DNA of 35,337 nucleotides. Origin: a virus. A model generated the notes under the pieces. It made no database searches. It saw nothing but the letters and a program-made list of their open reading frames with translations, and had not been told where the DNA came from. Position numbers and translations under genes: made by a program. The stretch lies in the IMG/VR virus record IMGVR_UViG_3300043754_000046, positions 73,981-109,317 of that record, one strand, 5' to 3'. Of this stretch, positions 1 through 8,995 are shown piece by piece. The stretch's first letter is position 1, and each line of letters begins with the position of its first letter.

Positions 1-296
1 GCAACGACGTTGGCGACGGTCTCGGATTTTCCGGACTGGCGGCTGAAGAGCGCGCTGATCGTGTCGCCATCACCGATGATGACGGACTCCATCACTCGGC
101 GCGCGAAGGGCGTCTGATATGGATGGAGTGGATGGCCGGAGATCTCATCGACCAGGACCAGCATCTTGTCCAGGAGTTTGTCAACGAACTCTCGGGACAG
201 TTCATCGAGGACGACTTCGGAGTCTATTCGGGCTTGGCGCTCTTCCTCCGACTCGTCGTTGTAGTCTTCTACTTCCTGGTCGAATTTCTCCTGCAT
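1..296 (-). CDS. terL: Terminase large subunit, N-terminal part (runs off window)
   Basis: Own translation from ATG 296: MQEKFDQEVED...HPLHPYQTPFARRVMESVIIGDGDTISALFSRQSGKSETVANVV; adenine-binding PYQ motif and terminase-type Walker A (SRQSGKS). Not in ORF track because it is truncated. Confidence 0.85.
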   Translation of the reverse strand, partial: MQEKFDQEVEDYNDESEEERQARIDSEVVLDELSREFVDKLLDKMLVLVDEISGHPLHPYQTPFARRVMESVIIGDGDTISALFSRQSGKSETVANVV

Positions 297-331
297 GATG
301 CCCCAATCGCGTCTGCCACGCGATCAAGGCT

Positions 332-369
332 AAAAAGAAAGACCCCCGGACTGTTAGTCCAGGGGTGTC
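332..369 (-). terminator. Intrinsic terminator (minus strand)
   Basis: ACCCC-CGGACT/AGTCC-AGGGGT hairpin next to an A-tract (U-tract on minus), just after stop of 379..672. Confidence 0.6.
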
Positions 370-378
370 GCCGGGAGA

Positions 379-672
379 TCAGGTGAAGTCGTCCCAGCGT
401 TTTTCCTGCTGCTTCATCAGTATCCCCGCATAGCCGGGATTCTTGTTGAGTGTTCGGCTTAGGGCTGCTGCGGTAGTGGGTGTGCCTTCAAGGATGGCAA
501 CACACAGGCCCGGCAGCGTCGGGTCCTCCGCGCGGCTCGTGGTGGTCGGCGGGTAGAGAATGCACGGCCGGTCAGTACAGAAGACGGCACCGGAGACCTT
601 GCGATCAACCGCTGTGTAGCCCAGGAGCGTTCCGCACACTGAGCAGGTGAGTTCATACCGGTCCATGCTCAC
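379..672 (-). CDS. Hypothetical protein, CxxC..CxxxxC putative zinc finger
   Basis: ORF in leftward operon; CSVC and CTDRPC. Confidence 0.7.
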   Translation of the reverse strand: MSMDRYELTCSVCGTLLGYTAVDRKVSGAVFCTDRPCILYPPTTTSRAEDPTLPGLCVAILEGTPTTAAALSRTLNKNPGYAGILMKQQEKRWDDFT

Positions 673-889
673 GCACCAAGTGATCCTGGAGAGCCCCGAT
701 GAGGGCCTTGATTACCTGTGGGTCATCAGGGAACGGGCAGCCGAGGTGGTACTTCATCTCCGGGCTCCAGTTGGACAGCTCCAGGTGCGGCTGGATGCCC
801 GGGAGCGTTCGTGAGCGCAGCTTTAGCTGTACGTCCTTGGTGATCCCGATGGATCCCAGCTCCACGTCCGTGGGCCTGATCTCTGGCAT
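653..889 (-). CDS. Hypothetical phage protein
   Basis: 78 aa ORF packed into operon. Confidence 0.65.
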   Translation of the reverse strand: MPEIRPTDVELGSIGITKDVQLKLRSRTLPGIQPHLELSNWSPEMKYHLGCPFPDDPQVIKALIGALQDHLVREHGPV

Positions 890-922
890 GCGTACCAGTG
901 TCGACGCACCGACACACGTGAG

Positions 923-1144
923 TCAACTCCGGTCGCGTAGCTCCTCGATCATGGCTGTCAGGATGGCCACGCCTCGCTCCGCCTCCCGCAGGGAGATCTC
1001 GTCGCCAGTGCGCACGTGCTCTCGGAGGCTCCGGCAGTCGATGCCAGCATCATCGAGCCACATGGTCATCTGTTCTGGTGTCATGCGTCGGACCCTGCGC
1101 CGTATCGGCTGTGCGAGGTCGGTGAGCCACGTAGGAGCCTTCAC
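923..1144 (-). CDS. Hypothetical phage protein
   Basis: GTGA overlap with upstream gene. Confidence 0.7.
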   Translation of the reverse strand: MKAPTWLTDLAQPIRRRVRRMTPEQMTMWLDDAGIDCRSLREHVRTGDEISLREAERGVAILTAMIEELRDRS

Positions 1145-1506
1145 TGGTCAAGCCCCGTCATCTCTAGGATCGTCCATTCGTCATCGGGGTCTGTCGCGTG
1201 TGCCGCAACCTGCTGGCGTGCAGCCTGGGCGAAGCGGGAATCCAGCTCGCCATTGGCGTCGTTGAGGTCCATCTCGCGGACGGACTCGGCAAAGAAGTGC
1301 TGCCGCATCTCGGCCTGAGTCATGCCGGTCAGCTTCCAACGGCCGAACCCTATTGCCACCCGGAACGGCCAGATACGCAGGAATCCTGCCTCGGCACTCC
1401 GGCATTCACCGTCAATCTCGTAGACGGCGAAGCGGTGCCACAGTGGCGACCTCGGCTTGAGCCGCACCGGAAGGAAGAACCAGTCCCAAATATCGAATGT
1501 TCTCAT
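1141..1506 (-). CDS. Hypothetical phage protein
   Basis: 121 aa ORF coupled to neighbour. Confidence 0.7.
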   Translation of the reverse strand: MRTFDIWDWFFLPVRLKPRSPLWHRFAVYEIDGECRSAEAGFLRIWPFRVAIGFGRWKLTGMTQAEMRQHFFAESVREMDLNDANGELDSRFAQAARQQVAAHATDPDDEWTILEMTGLDQ

Positions 1507-1532
1507 GGGCGAATCCTAGGACCATGGCGTCA

Positions 1533-2237
1533 TCACTTTAGAGCCGGACGGATTTCTGAGTACGGGTAGGCGTTCAGGACACGGTTGATCGTGCGGCCGG
1601 TGGAGACATTGCGCCGGACCATGCGCCAGACGTTTTTGGGGACGCCGAAGTATGCGTATACGGCGCCGTCCCTGCTGGTCGGGCTCTCTCCGAGGCTGAA
1701 CAGCATGAATAGGGTCTGTGAGCGGCTGTCGTAACCGGCGAGCTGAGTTCTCGGTCGGCGGCCTACTATCCGCTTCTGTCCCTTGGTGTTGATGATGGTC
1801 CGAGTGCCTGCTGAGTGTGTGGGGTAGTACAGCAGATCCTCGATGTTCCCTGATTTCTGCCATGTGTCCAGACGCCGGGACATCGCCGGTGACATGTTCT
1901 TTTTGGCCTGGGCGTAAGCCTCAGCGGCCTCCTGACCGAAGAGCCTGTGGAACCCGTATTCCTCGGCGCGGTGTCTGCCGCTCTGGTCGCGGCCGGGCTT
2001 TCCTGTCGGGCCTGCCAGGCGCTCCATGCCCCGGTTGACGCGCCAGGTTCCGGCCTTGTCCCGGTGGAATCCCTCGGGGCGCTGGTACGTGGCCCAGTTG
2101 GTCGGCTGTCGCGGGGCGGGCTTGGGTTTGTCCCCGAGGAGCGTGCGCTCGTAGATGCTGCTCGGCTTTTGGCCCTGACGGTTCTTGGGCTGGATGCTCG
2201 GGATCTTGGGGATGCCGCGCCGCTGCTTACCCGGCAC
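1533..2237 (-). CDS. KTSC-like domain protein with basic N-terminus
   Basis: C-terminal GYDSRSQTLFMLF..GAVYAYFGVPKNVW..STGRTINRVLNAYPY resembles KTSC pattern. Confidence 0.7.
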   Translation of the reverse strand: MPGKQRRGIPKIPSIQPKNRQGQKPSSIYERTLLGDKPKPAPRQPTNWATYQRPEGFHRDKAGTWRVNRGMERLAGPTGKPGRDQSGRHRAEEYGFHRLFGQEAAEAYAQAKKNMSPAMSRRLDTWQKSGNIEDLLYYPTHSAGTRTIINTKGQKRIVGRRPRTQLAGYDSRSQTLFMLFSLGESPTSRDGAVYAYFGVPKNVWRMVRRNVSTGRTINRVLNAYPYSEIRPALK

Positions 2238-2421
2238 GGCGGGCTCCCTGAACCGTCCAGCCTGGCTGCTGCTCCTCCGGCACCTCTTCTGGCTGGCGCA
2301 TGGTGGAGTGCACGAGTTCGCCGTCCTTGTACCAGGCGGCGTCTACGTGCATGGGGAGGATGCCCTCGTAGGTGTCTGGTCGGCCCCGGAACTCCTCAGG
2401 GAGCGGCGCGGGTTCGGTCAT
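2227..2421 (-). CDS. Hypothetical protein
   Basis: ATG 2421 overlaps upstream stop (ATGA). Confidence 0.55.
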   Translation of the reverse strand: MTEPAPLPEEFRGRPDTYEGILPMHVDAAWYKDGELVHSTMRQPEEVPEEQQPGWTVQGARRAG

Positions 2422-2585
2422 CGGCCCAGGAGGTGCTCGGCCCGAGCGAGACAGTCCCTGCATAGGGAGATGGCCTGGTGCAGGACAGCGGAAGTGGTGT
2501 GGACCGCCGGACGGTCGGGGTGGTTGTCGCAGACTGCGGGCGTCTCCGGCGCCGTTGCTTCATCCGTCTTCTTCGTTACGGGCAT
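2418..2585 (-). CDS. Small Cys/His protein
   Basis: GGGAGG RBS before ATG 2585; CDNH...CRDC. Confidence 0.65.
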   Translation of the reverse strand: MPVTKKTDEATAPETPAVCDNHPDRPAVHTTSAVLHQAISLCRDCLARAEHLLGR

Positions 2586-2596
2586 GTGGTCCTCCC

Positions 2597-2650
2597 AAAA
2601 GAAATCCGCCCGGCACATAGGACGTTTCAATCCTACGGTCGGGCGGATTC
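2597..2650 (-). terminator. Hairpin plus U-tract (minus strand)
   Basis: AATCCGCCCGGC/GTCGGGCGGATT stem next to an A-rich tract. Confidence 0.5.
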
Positions 2651-2727
2651 TGGGGGTTAGCCGTGAAGAGAAGAAATAGCTCCACGACTGCCCTGAGGCT
2701 ATGACCTACTTCCCGGTAGGGGAAGTC

Positions 2728-3438
2728 TTATGCAGCCATGCCTTTCACGGAATCGACTTCCATCTGAAGGCCGGGGTGTGCGTGGAAAGCCAGAGTCAGC
2801 CATTCAAGATCCGGTTCCCGGTACCACCTGCCCTTGAGTACCTTTCCGTCCTCCCTGCGCTCCACCCTGCCTGTAGCCGGATTGGCCTTGGACAGGTTCG
2901 ACGCATGTACTGCATCGAACACGGCCTGGAGAGGAATTCGGTAGCAGAACGCCAGGACGGCGATGTGGTCGACCAGACTCTGGAGGAGTGGCGCTATCCC
3001 GTCGATGAGGTCGGTCAGATCCCTCTCGTCTGCATCGTCGGCGAAAAGCAGACGCATGAGGGAGATCAGGTCCTCGATGACATCGTGGACCCTTTCTTTC
3101 AGTACGGGGGTGAGCTGAGAGAAGGGGTATGCGCGGATCTTGTCGGGGTCGACGTGAGGATCGGCAAGCGGCAGGTGGAGAACCTCAGCGGTGCCGACCG
3201 TGACATACGTCAGGTCAGCGATTTCCTTCGCCAGATGCGTGCGCTTCTCGTCGCGAGGGCGAGACAAGAAGTCCTCGTTCGCGGCGATGACCTCAAGCAG
3301 CTCCTCCTCAATCAGCGTCGCCCGCAGGGAGACGAGTGCCAGCCGATGCTGGCGGTCCAAGGAGCTGAACGAAGGGACCTCGAAGATCTGGTGGAACTCC
3401 GTGAGGGAGGTCAGAAGATGCTGGCGATCGTTGGACAC
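2728..3438 (-). CDS. MazG-like / PRA-PH family NTP pyrophosphohydrolase
   Basis: LIEEELLEV..KEIADLTYV..AVHASNLSK..RREDGKVLKG..EPDL motifs; GAAGGAG RBS. Confidence 0.85.
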   Translation of the reverse strand: MSNDRQHLLTSLTEFHQIFEVPSFSSLDRQHRLALVSLRATLIEEELLEVIAANEDFLSRPRDEKRTHLAKEIADLTYVTVGTAEVLHLPLADPHVDPDKIRAYPFSQLTPVLKERVHDVIEDLISLMRLLFADDADERDLTDLIDGIAPLLQSLVDHIAVLAFCYRIPLQAVFDAVHASNLSKANPATGRVERREDGKVLKGRWYREPDLEWLTLAFHAHPGLQMEVDSVKGMAA

Positions 3439-3481
3439 GCTGAGCTCCTTCGGTGGGCCAGTGCGGCACCCTGAGCCTAGA

Positions 3482-3515
3482 GTTGACCAACTCTGCCGTC
3501 AACTGTTGACCAACT
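3482..3515. promoter_or_regulatory. Paired GTTGACCAACT operator-like sites
   Basis: Copies at 3482 and 3505, 23 bp apart. Confidence 0.6.
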
Positions 3516-4034
3516 CTAGGATCGCCCAGAAACCTTGCGCTTCCAGAGCCTTTTGATCTTCGAGCGCTCGCGGATCCCTTCCTCCTGGCCCCAGAGCTCT
3601 TCGGTCTGCGTCCGCCCCTCGGATCCCCACTTCTCCTCAACGACGGCCAGCTTCTCGCCGTCGGGCACAGGTCCGCTCTTGGCGACGGACCGACCCATGT
3701 CCGTCAGGGCGGCACGGAAGTCGGCGTCAGAGATCAGGATCTCGCTTCCGGCGATCCTGTTCAATTTCGGGCTGCGGTTCTCCTTCGCCCCGAGCGGCCC
3801 CGTCTCAAAGATGGCGCTGGCGAACGGCTCCAGAGCCGCGTAGAGCGCACGCCGGTGCTCCGCGCAGAGCATGTATGAGTTGCCCCAACGGGGGGCATTG
3901 ACCGCGACCCAGGGCAGGCTGCCCTCCGGCACCTCTTTGCCACAGTCAGTACCAGGTGCCTCTTCCAGCCAGCACGTGTACTTCTCCCCGGCCGCGACGT
4001 CGGGGCTCGACGCAGAGCGGTGTGTTGGGGGCAT
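3516..4034 (-). CDS. Lsr2-like nucleoid-associated protein (divergent)
   Basis: YMLCAEHRRALYAALEPFASA resembles Lsr2 dimerisation domain; DFRAALTDMGRSVAKSGPVP resembles DNA-binding domain; AGGAGG RBS before ATG 4034. Confidence 0.55.
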   Translation of the reverse strand: MPPTHRSASSPDVAAGEKYTCWLEEAPGTDCGKEVPEGSLPWVAVNAPRWGNSYMLCAEHRRALYAALEPFASAIFETGPLGAKENRSPKLNRIAGSEILISDADFRAALTDMGRSVAKSGPVPDGEKLAVVEEKWGSEGRTQTEELWGQEEGIRERSKIKRLWKRKVSGRS

Positions 4035-4080
4035 GACGACTCCTCCTGGGATGGGGGTACCAACGGGAGGACCGTAGTGC

Positions 4081-4114
4081 GTTGACCAACTAGATAGCAA
4101 CTAGTTGACCAACT
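4081..4114. promoter_or_regulatory. Paired GTTGACCAACT operator-like sites
   Basis: Copies at 4081 and 4104, again 23 bp apart. Confidence 0.6.
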
Positions 4115-4134
4115 GTGGCATATGCGGTGAGGGC

Positions 4135-4872
4135 TTACCCGATGTCTTGGGCGTTCGGGTCCTGATCTTCGCAACCGACCGGCGGTTCAGTAGGACTCGG
4201 CGCATCCGATGCTCGTTTAGAGGGTCTCCCCTGTTCAGCGTGGGCAGTGACAGCGTGACCTTGGAAACCCGAAGGTCCCTGCGAAGCTTGCACGCTGCTT
4301 TTAGCCTGGGTGTCCCCGGAGTCGTCCGTGTGACCCACCTTACGGTGACGGCCCACCGGCGCACTTGCCGCGATGTGCTCGACATGCGGTGGGGTGGTCG
4401 GCTTGCGATGACGTCCCATTGGAGTCGGAGGCGCTGTGGTCGGGACGTCCGCTGGCACCATGCCGACAGAGGCCGTACCAATATCGGGCGTGGCATAAGC
4501 CTTGGGGCGCACCTGGTTCGCCGGTCCCTCAACACCCCCTCCGGCAGGCCGTGACGCCCCTGCCGCGAAGAGGCTTCCTGCGCCGACTGAGGTGACCCCC
4601 AAGACGGCAAAGAAGGTGGCGAGGGCGCGGGCAGTGCGCTGAGACGGTGCGGGGCGCCGGTGGGAATGAGGAGAGGGGCGTGCCTGCACCCGGCGGACTG
4701 CGCGGATGATGTCGTCGCGGAGATCCGGAGGGCATGTCGGCGTCAGTGTCCAGTAGAGCTCGCCGGTCTCCGGATCCTCCATGCTCGTGGCGTATCCGGC
4801 GGCTGCAAGTAGCGCAATCCGCGCTTCCGTGGCACATCCTCCGCCGTCGTCCGCTTGCGCCTGCGCCCCCAC
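4135..4872 (-). CDS. Hypothetical protein, one hydrophobic segment and Pro-rich tail
   Basis: ALATFFAVLGVTSVGAGSLFAAGA segment; GAAGGA RBS. Confidence 0.55.
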   Translation of the reverse strand: MGAQAQADDGGGCATEARIALLAAAGYATSMEDPETGELYWTLTPTCPPDLRDDIIRAVRRVQARPSPHSHRRPAPSQRTARALATFFAVLGVTSVGAGSLFAAGASRPAGGGVEGPANQVRPKAYATPDIGTASVGMVPADVPTTAPPTPMGRHRKPTTPPHVEHIAASAPVGRHRKVGHTDDSGDTQAKSSVQASQGPSGFQGHAVTAHAEQGRPSKRASDAPSPTEPPVGCEDQDPNAQDIG

Positions 4873-4987
4873 TGCGCCCGTCCTTCCCGGAGCCCCCGCA
4901 GGCTCTTCGAGTGCCAGTTCGATTCGATTGTGCCACCACTGCCCCGCGTTAGGGCGGTGATGTGGTGCGGTTATTCCTGACTGTGTT

Positions 4988-5392
4988 TCAGGCGGCCATG
5001 ACCTTGGCTGTCACCGTAGGCGCCGTGCCGCCGGTCAGGCTGGACAGGTCGGTGCGTACGTAGCGCCAGGCGCCATTGGACAGTACGGCAGCGGCAGGGT
5101 TGGCGCCGACCGTGACAGTGGTCGTGGTGGCCACGTACGTCACGCCGTCGTCACTCACCATCAGCGTGACCGTACCGCCTGTCGGAGAGCCAGTCGTGGT
5201 GACCTCGATGGAGACGTCCTTCACGCCTCCACCAAAGTCGACAGGCACGCCTGGACCGTTCGCCGTCACCGCATTGAGGCTGACAGCCCCACTGTGTTGG
5301 CCATCAGTTGTCGGGTCCGGCACGAAGGCGTTCTGCGCCGTCCATCCGGCAGCCGTTGGGTCGGTGGACCCGGCTTTGCGTGTTCCGCTCAT
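4988..5392 (-). CDS. Thr/Gly/Val-rich beta-type protein, possibly virion-associated
   Basis: ATG 5392 after AAGGGCGG; composition typical of a beta-sandwich. Confidence 0.65.
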   Translation of the reverse strand: MSGTRKAGSTDPTAAGWTAQNAFVPDPTTDGQHSGAVSLNAVTANGPGVPVDFGGGVKDVSIEVTTTGSPTGGTVTLMVSDDGVTYVATTTTVTVGANPAAAVLSNGAWRYVRTDLSSLTGGTAPTVTAKVMAA

Positions 5393-5659
5393 CTGTCCGC
5401 CCTTATACAGAACTGAAAGGTGTTCATGTTTCAGGTTACGAGGGCGGGCCGAGCGGGTTCTAACCGACCGAAATACCGAACGCAACGCACACCATTGGCC
5501 AACGCTTTCCGACTCTGCTGCAAGCGGAGAGACTTCCCAGGCCGAGAACGACATCCCGTTTACCCCAGTGCGTCCGTTTTATAGACAAACACACTGCTGT
5601 ACAGCGCATGGATCAACAGCGGAATCGGCCATATCCTCTACGTGACAGCGACTCAGGAC

Positions 5660-5842
5660 TCAGCCCCAGATGGAGTCTTGCATCGGTACAGCCATGGGCT
5701 GGTCGCCATCGGACTGCACAACTACAGAGGAGTCGCTCTGGGGCGCGTCATCCGCCGACGCGGTTGCCGCCGTCACGACGACAGCGGCTCCTGCCAGCAT
5801 GAGGGCGCCGACCCAGCGGGCACACCGACGGAAAGGAGACAT
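5660..5842 (-). CDS. Small secreted peptide ending DSIWG
   Basis: GGAGG RBS; Sec signal (RRCARW, hydrophobic core, ASA/DD); acidic linker; C-terminal DxxWG. Confidence 0.7.
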   Translation of the reverse strand: MSPFRRCARWVGALMLAGAAVVVTAATASADDAPQSDSSVVVQSDGDQPMAVPMQDSIWG

Positions 5843-5999
5843 CCGAACCTCCATGGGTCACTAGGGCTAGCCGGGCGCAAGCCACTCCCGCCACCTCACC
5901 TAGTTGTGAAGCTTTCGTGCAGGTCGAGTGACTACGTGGTGTAAGCCTCTCCGCTTCCCGCCACAAATTGCAACCCATTGACCCCTTCCGGTAACTGCA

Positions 6000-7022
6000 A
6001 TGCAGCCAGACGAAGGTTCAAAAGTGAACGAATCCGACATTAAGGTGAGGGTACCGCTTCGACCACTTGACGCTGTGGACGAGGCCGTCTACGAGCGCCT
6101 TACCAGACGCGAGCACATTCGTCCCACCGACGCGCCGAGTGTCGCCCGCCTGCGTGAACACCATCTCGTGGAGCACGATCCGCACGCACCAGCTACTCCC
6201 CTGTCGCTCGACCCACGGGCCGCCGAGCGGCAGACCGTGCTGGAGGTCAGCGACCGCATCATCCGGGACCTGACGACGCTGCGTGACAGCGCCGAGGCCT
6301 ATGACCGGCTGGCGCGAATCTACGGCCAGCAGACGGCACATGACGGTACAGGGGTACGGGTCCTGGAGACACCGGACTGTATCAACGCGGCGATCGGCCG
6401 CTCGATGTCGCATCTCCGGTCAGCGATCTACACGGCCCAGCCGAACCAGCGGTCTGCCGAGGTACTGGACGCATCCCGCGAGCGGGACGGTGGGTTACTG
6501 CGCCGGGGAATCGGGATGTACACCATCTATCCCCAGAGCGCCCGCAGCCGCGAGCCGGAGATCCGCTGGGCTGAGGAGATGTCAGCTCTGGGCGCCCACA
6601 TCAGGACCAGCGCGATTCCCTTCCCGCGCATCATCCTGATCGAGCATGTTGCCGCCTACCTGGAGGCACCCCTCGAAGACGAGCATGACGGCGGCGTCGG
6701 CCCTGCGCTGGAGTTCACTCACCCCACGGCAGTGGCGTGGGTCAAGGCCTTGTACATGCTCTGGTGGGGCCTGGCACAGCCGTGGGCGGGAGAGTGGACT
6801 CGCGGCGGCGACGGCGAAGGCACATTCACCACCAGCCGGGAACGCGCGATCATGCGGCTGCTGGAGACCGACGCAACGCGCGCCGCCATCGCACGCAGCC
6901 TCGACGTCAGTGAACGCACTGTCGCCTACGAACTGTCCTCCCTGCGGCGGAAGTTCAACGTCGAGACGGAGTTCGCTCTGGGTACCCGCTGGCGAGACCA
7001 CCCCGAGTACAACCTGCCCTGA
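6000..7022 (+). CDS. Transcriptional regulator with C-terminal LuxR-type HTH (start may be GTG 6024)
   Basis: TSRERAIMRLLETDATRAAIARSLDVSERTVAYELSSLRRKFNVET; TrmB-like middle domain; in-frame TTA at 6495. Confidence 0.85.
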   Translation: MQPDEGSKVNESDIKVRVPLRPLDAVDEAVYERLTRREHIRPTDAPSVARLREHHLVEHDPHAPATPLSLDPRAAERQTVLEVSDRIIRDLTTLRDSAEAYDRLARIYGQQTAHDGTGVRVLETPDCINAAIGRSMSHLRSAIYTAQPNQRSAEVLDASRERDGGLLRRGIGMYTIYPQSARSREPEIRWAEEMSALGAHIRTSAIPFPRIILIEHVAAYLEAPLEDEHDGGVGPALEFTHPTAVAWVKALYMLWWGLAQPWAGEWTRGGDGEGTFTTSRERAIMRLLETDATRAAIARSLDVSERTVAYELSSLRRKFNVETEFALGTRWRDHPEYNLP

Positions 7023-7054
7023 TTTCTCGTGTGCGCGGGGGAGACACGAGACGT

Positions 7055-7106
7055 AACAAGGCCCCGGCTATCTCCCTCGGGGGAGAGAGACAGCCGGGGC
7101 CTTGTT
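7055..7106. terminator. Long hairpin between convergent genes
   Basis: AACAAGGCCCCGGCT/AGCCGGGGCCTTGTT. Confidence 0.75.
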
Positions 7107-7118
7107 GTGCGACTCAGA

Positions 7119-7529
7119 CTAGGCCGACGGGCAGCCGGATTGGTCACAGGGGAACAGTTGCCGGGAAACATACTGGCTCCGCGTCCAGTATCCGTGAATC
7201 ACCGCGTTGTTCCTGGGCAGTTGAAGCCGGGCACGGGAGTATTCCATACGAACACTCACTGGAAACCCCTTGGCGTCAGTCGGCTCATGGGTGGTCATTT
7301 CCTTTTCCAGCCACCCAATTGCTTCGTCCACGCTCTTGAACGTGGCCACGGATTTCCGATTGCCCATGCCGACCACAAGAGGAGGGAAGCTCGGGGGCGC
7401 CAAACCCGCAGCAACTTCCCGGTCGGTATATCCCTTCCCGGTGTACGCGAAGGCGTGATAGTGCAGTGCGGGCATGACGGCCTCCGGCGGCGGTTCTGGA
7501 GGAGAGGAACGGTAGCGCAGATGAGTCAT
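7119..7529 (-). CDS. Hypothetical protein (alternative start ATG 7475)
   Basis: ATGA overlap with JmjC gene; GGAGG before 7475. Confidence 0.7.
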   Translation of the reverse strand: MTHLRYRSSPPEPPPEAVMPALHYHAFAYTGKGYTDREVAAGLAPPSFPPLVVGMGNRKSVATFKSVDEAIGWLEKEMTTHEPTDAKGFPVSVRMEYSRARLQLPRNNAVIHGYWTRSQYVSRQLFPCDQSGCPSA

Positions 7530-8410
7530 GTCGTGCGGGCCTTGACGCGCGCGGAGGTCGCGGCGGCTTCGGGATCAATGGCGAGAAGCGCACCGATGGC
7601 GTACTTCCGGGCCCACTCCAGCGATGTGGTGCTATCGAACAGATCGGCGGCACTAACGACCTCGCGAGCGTCGAAGTCTGCTCGGACGTGCCGCACGAGG
7701 ACGTCGAGGAGGTGCTCGACGTACCACGCCCGGGTCCTCTGTTTGAGCGCGAAAGTCAAGTGCAGACTTGGCTCGTCGCTCGTCGTCTCCAGCGCGTGCA
7801 CCCAACTGCGGGGGAGAAAGAAGACATCGCCAGGCTCAAGCACGATGTCATTGGGCTGGGTGGCATGAAGGAACTGGCGCTCCTCGTCGGTCCACCGCCT
7901 GGGGAGGAAGTTGCCGTACTCCTCGGTGGCTCGCGGAACGATCGGAGGGTGGAGGTGCCACACCTTCCGACCGTGCAGTTGCACGATGAGGGTGATGTAC
8001 GGGTCATAGTGGTACCGCAGACCTTGCTGGTGGCCCGGCGTCAGGTAGGCGTTGACATGGGTCCGGCACCCAGTCTCTTGCCGAATGTGCTCCCTGAACC
8101 GTGCAAGGTCGGGCCGTAGGGTGTGCAGCAGGCGCAGGGAGATTGACTGGCCCTCAGCGAGGTGCCGCCGGACGGCACCTTCGTACGGCATGTCGCCATC
8201 GCTGTACTCGTGGGGCTCGACCACAGCCCCGTCCCGGAGCAGGACAATGTTGCGGGCTGCAATGCAGTCGGTGTCGATGAGGGCGTCCACCTCGCCCATG
8301 GTGAGCAGGTCCCGGAATAGGGACGGGTCATGGTGGTACACCTTGGGCTCTTCAGGCCAGTGCTCGCGGATGACGTCAATGTCGTCTACCAGGTCGCGTA
8401 GCAGCAGCAT
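7526..8410 (-). CDS. JmjC/cupin-4 2-oxoglutarate Fe(II) oxygenase
   Basis: NAYLTP..GLRYHYD..VQLHGRKVW..LEPGDVFFLPRSWVH..SLHLTF; HxD...H triad. Confidence 0.9.
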   Translation of the reverse strand: MLLLRDLVDDIDVIREHWPEEPKVYHHDPSLFRDLLTMGEVDALIDTDCIAARNIVLLRDGAVVEPHEYSDGDMPYEGAVRRHLAEGQSISLRLLHTLRPDLARFREHIRQETGCRTHVNAYLTPGHQQGLRYHYDPYITLIVQLHGRKVWHLHPPIVPRATEEYGNFLPRRWTDEERQFLHATQPNDIVLEPGDVFFLPRSWVHALETTSDEPSLHLTFALKQRTRAWYVEHLLDVLVRHVRADFDAREVVSAADLFDSTTSLEWARKYAIGALLAIDPEAAATSARVKARTT

Positions 8411-8437
8411 GAGGTACTCCGGCTGGTGAGGGGCGAA

Positions 8438-8478
8438 TCGGGCGCCTCAGAACCGCTATGCAATTCTGGGGCGCCCGA
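8438..8478. other. Intergenic stem-loop
   Basis: TCGGGCGCCTCAGAA/TTCTGGGGCGCCCGA. Confidence 0.65.
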
Positions 8479-8494
8479 CTCAGAGGGTGTGGGC

Positions 8495-8746
8495 TCAGGC
8501 CGTGGCGTCCGGCTTGACGGTGTTCGTGATGAGGGTCGCCAAGTTCAGCAGCTCGGTGGCAGTGCCCCGCAGCTCCTGGCCCGCGCCCGCAGCCTTGGTG
8601 TCACGGAGGGCGAAGCCACCGCCCTCAACCCGGGCAAGGGAGAGGCAGGATTCCATGGTCTCCTCGGTCCCATTGCCATTGCAGAGGTACGAGAACTCAC
8701 CCTCGATCGGGCGGTCGTACAGGTTGTCCGGTTTGGGTGCAGACAT
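8495..8746 (-). CDS. DUF397-like small protein
   Basis: ESCLSLARVEGGGFALRDTK..ELRGT motif; GAAGGAG RBS before ATG 8746. Confidence 0.7.
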   Translation of the reverse strand: MSAPKPDNLYDRPIEGEFSYLCNGNGTEETMESCLSLARVEGGGFALRDTKAAGAGQELRGTATELLNLATLITNTVKPDATA

Positions 8747-8816
8747 GCTCACTCCTTCTTTGAGTCGGATGTCCTGCCCTGCATACTCCGCTCACCCATT
8801 ACAGTGAACAGAGCAG

Positions 8817-8915
8817 TCTCCTCACCCGGATTCGAACCGGGGGCCTCCGCGCTATACCCACATCCCCGTCACGAGTATGGATAGGCGCGGTGCTCTACCG
8901 CTGAGTTATGAGGAG
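8817..8915 (-). tRNA. tRNA-like RNA with 34-nt expanded anticodon loop; no assignable anticodon
   Basis: CTCCTCA/TGAGGAG acceptor, D-arm ACTC-AGCGGTA-GAGC, CCGCG/CGCGG anticodon stem, AGGCC variable loop, CCCGG-TTCGAAT-CCGGG, A73. Confidence 0.8.
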
Positions 8916-8918
8916 TTG

Positions 8919-8995
8919 TGCCCGTGTCCGGTGACCCACACCGGAGTGCAGCCGACGCGGCCGTTCATAATCGCGACTTGCCTGCTTTCACGGGC
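8919..8995 (-). ncRNA. Degenerate tRNA-like element
   Basis: 77 nt; GCCCGTG/CACGGGC then AC; TCCGG/CCGGA stem in T-arm position but non-canonical loop. Confidence 0.4.

Noticed and set aside
8495-8746. Classical RiPP precursor
   Set aside because: Sequence fits a DUF397-like fold, and no peptidase, transporter or RRE gene is nearby.
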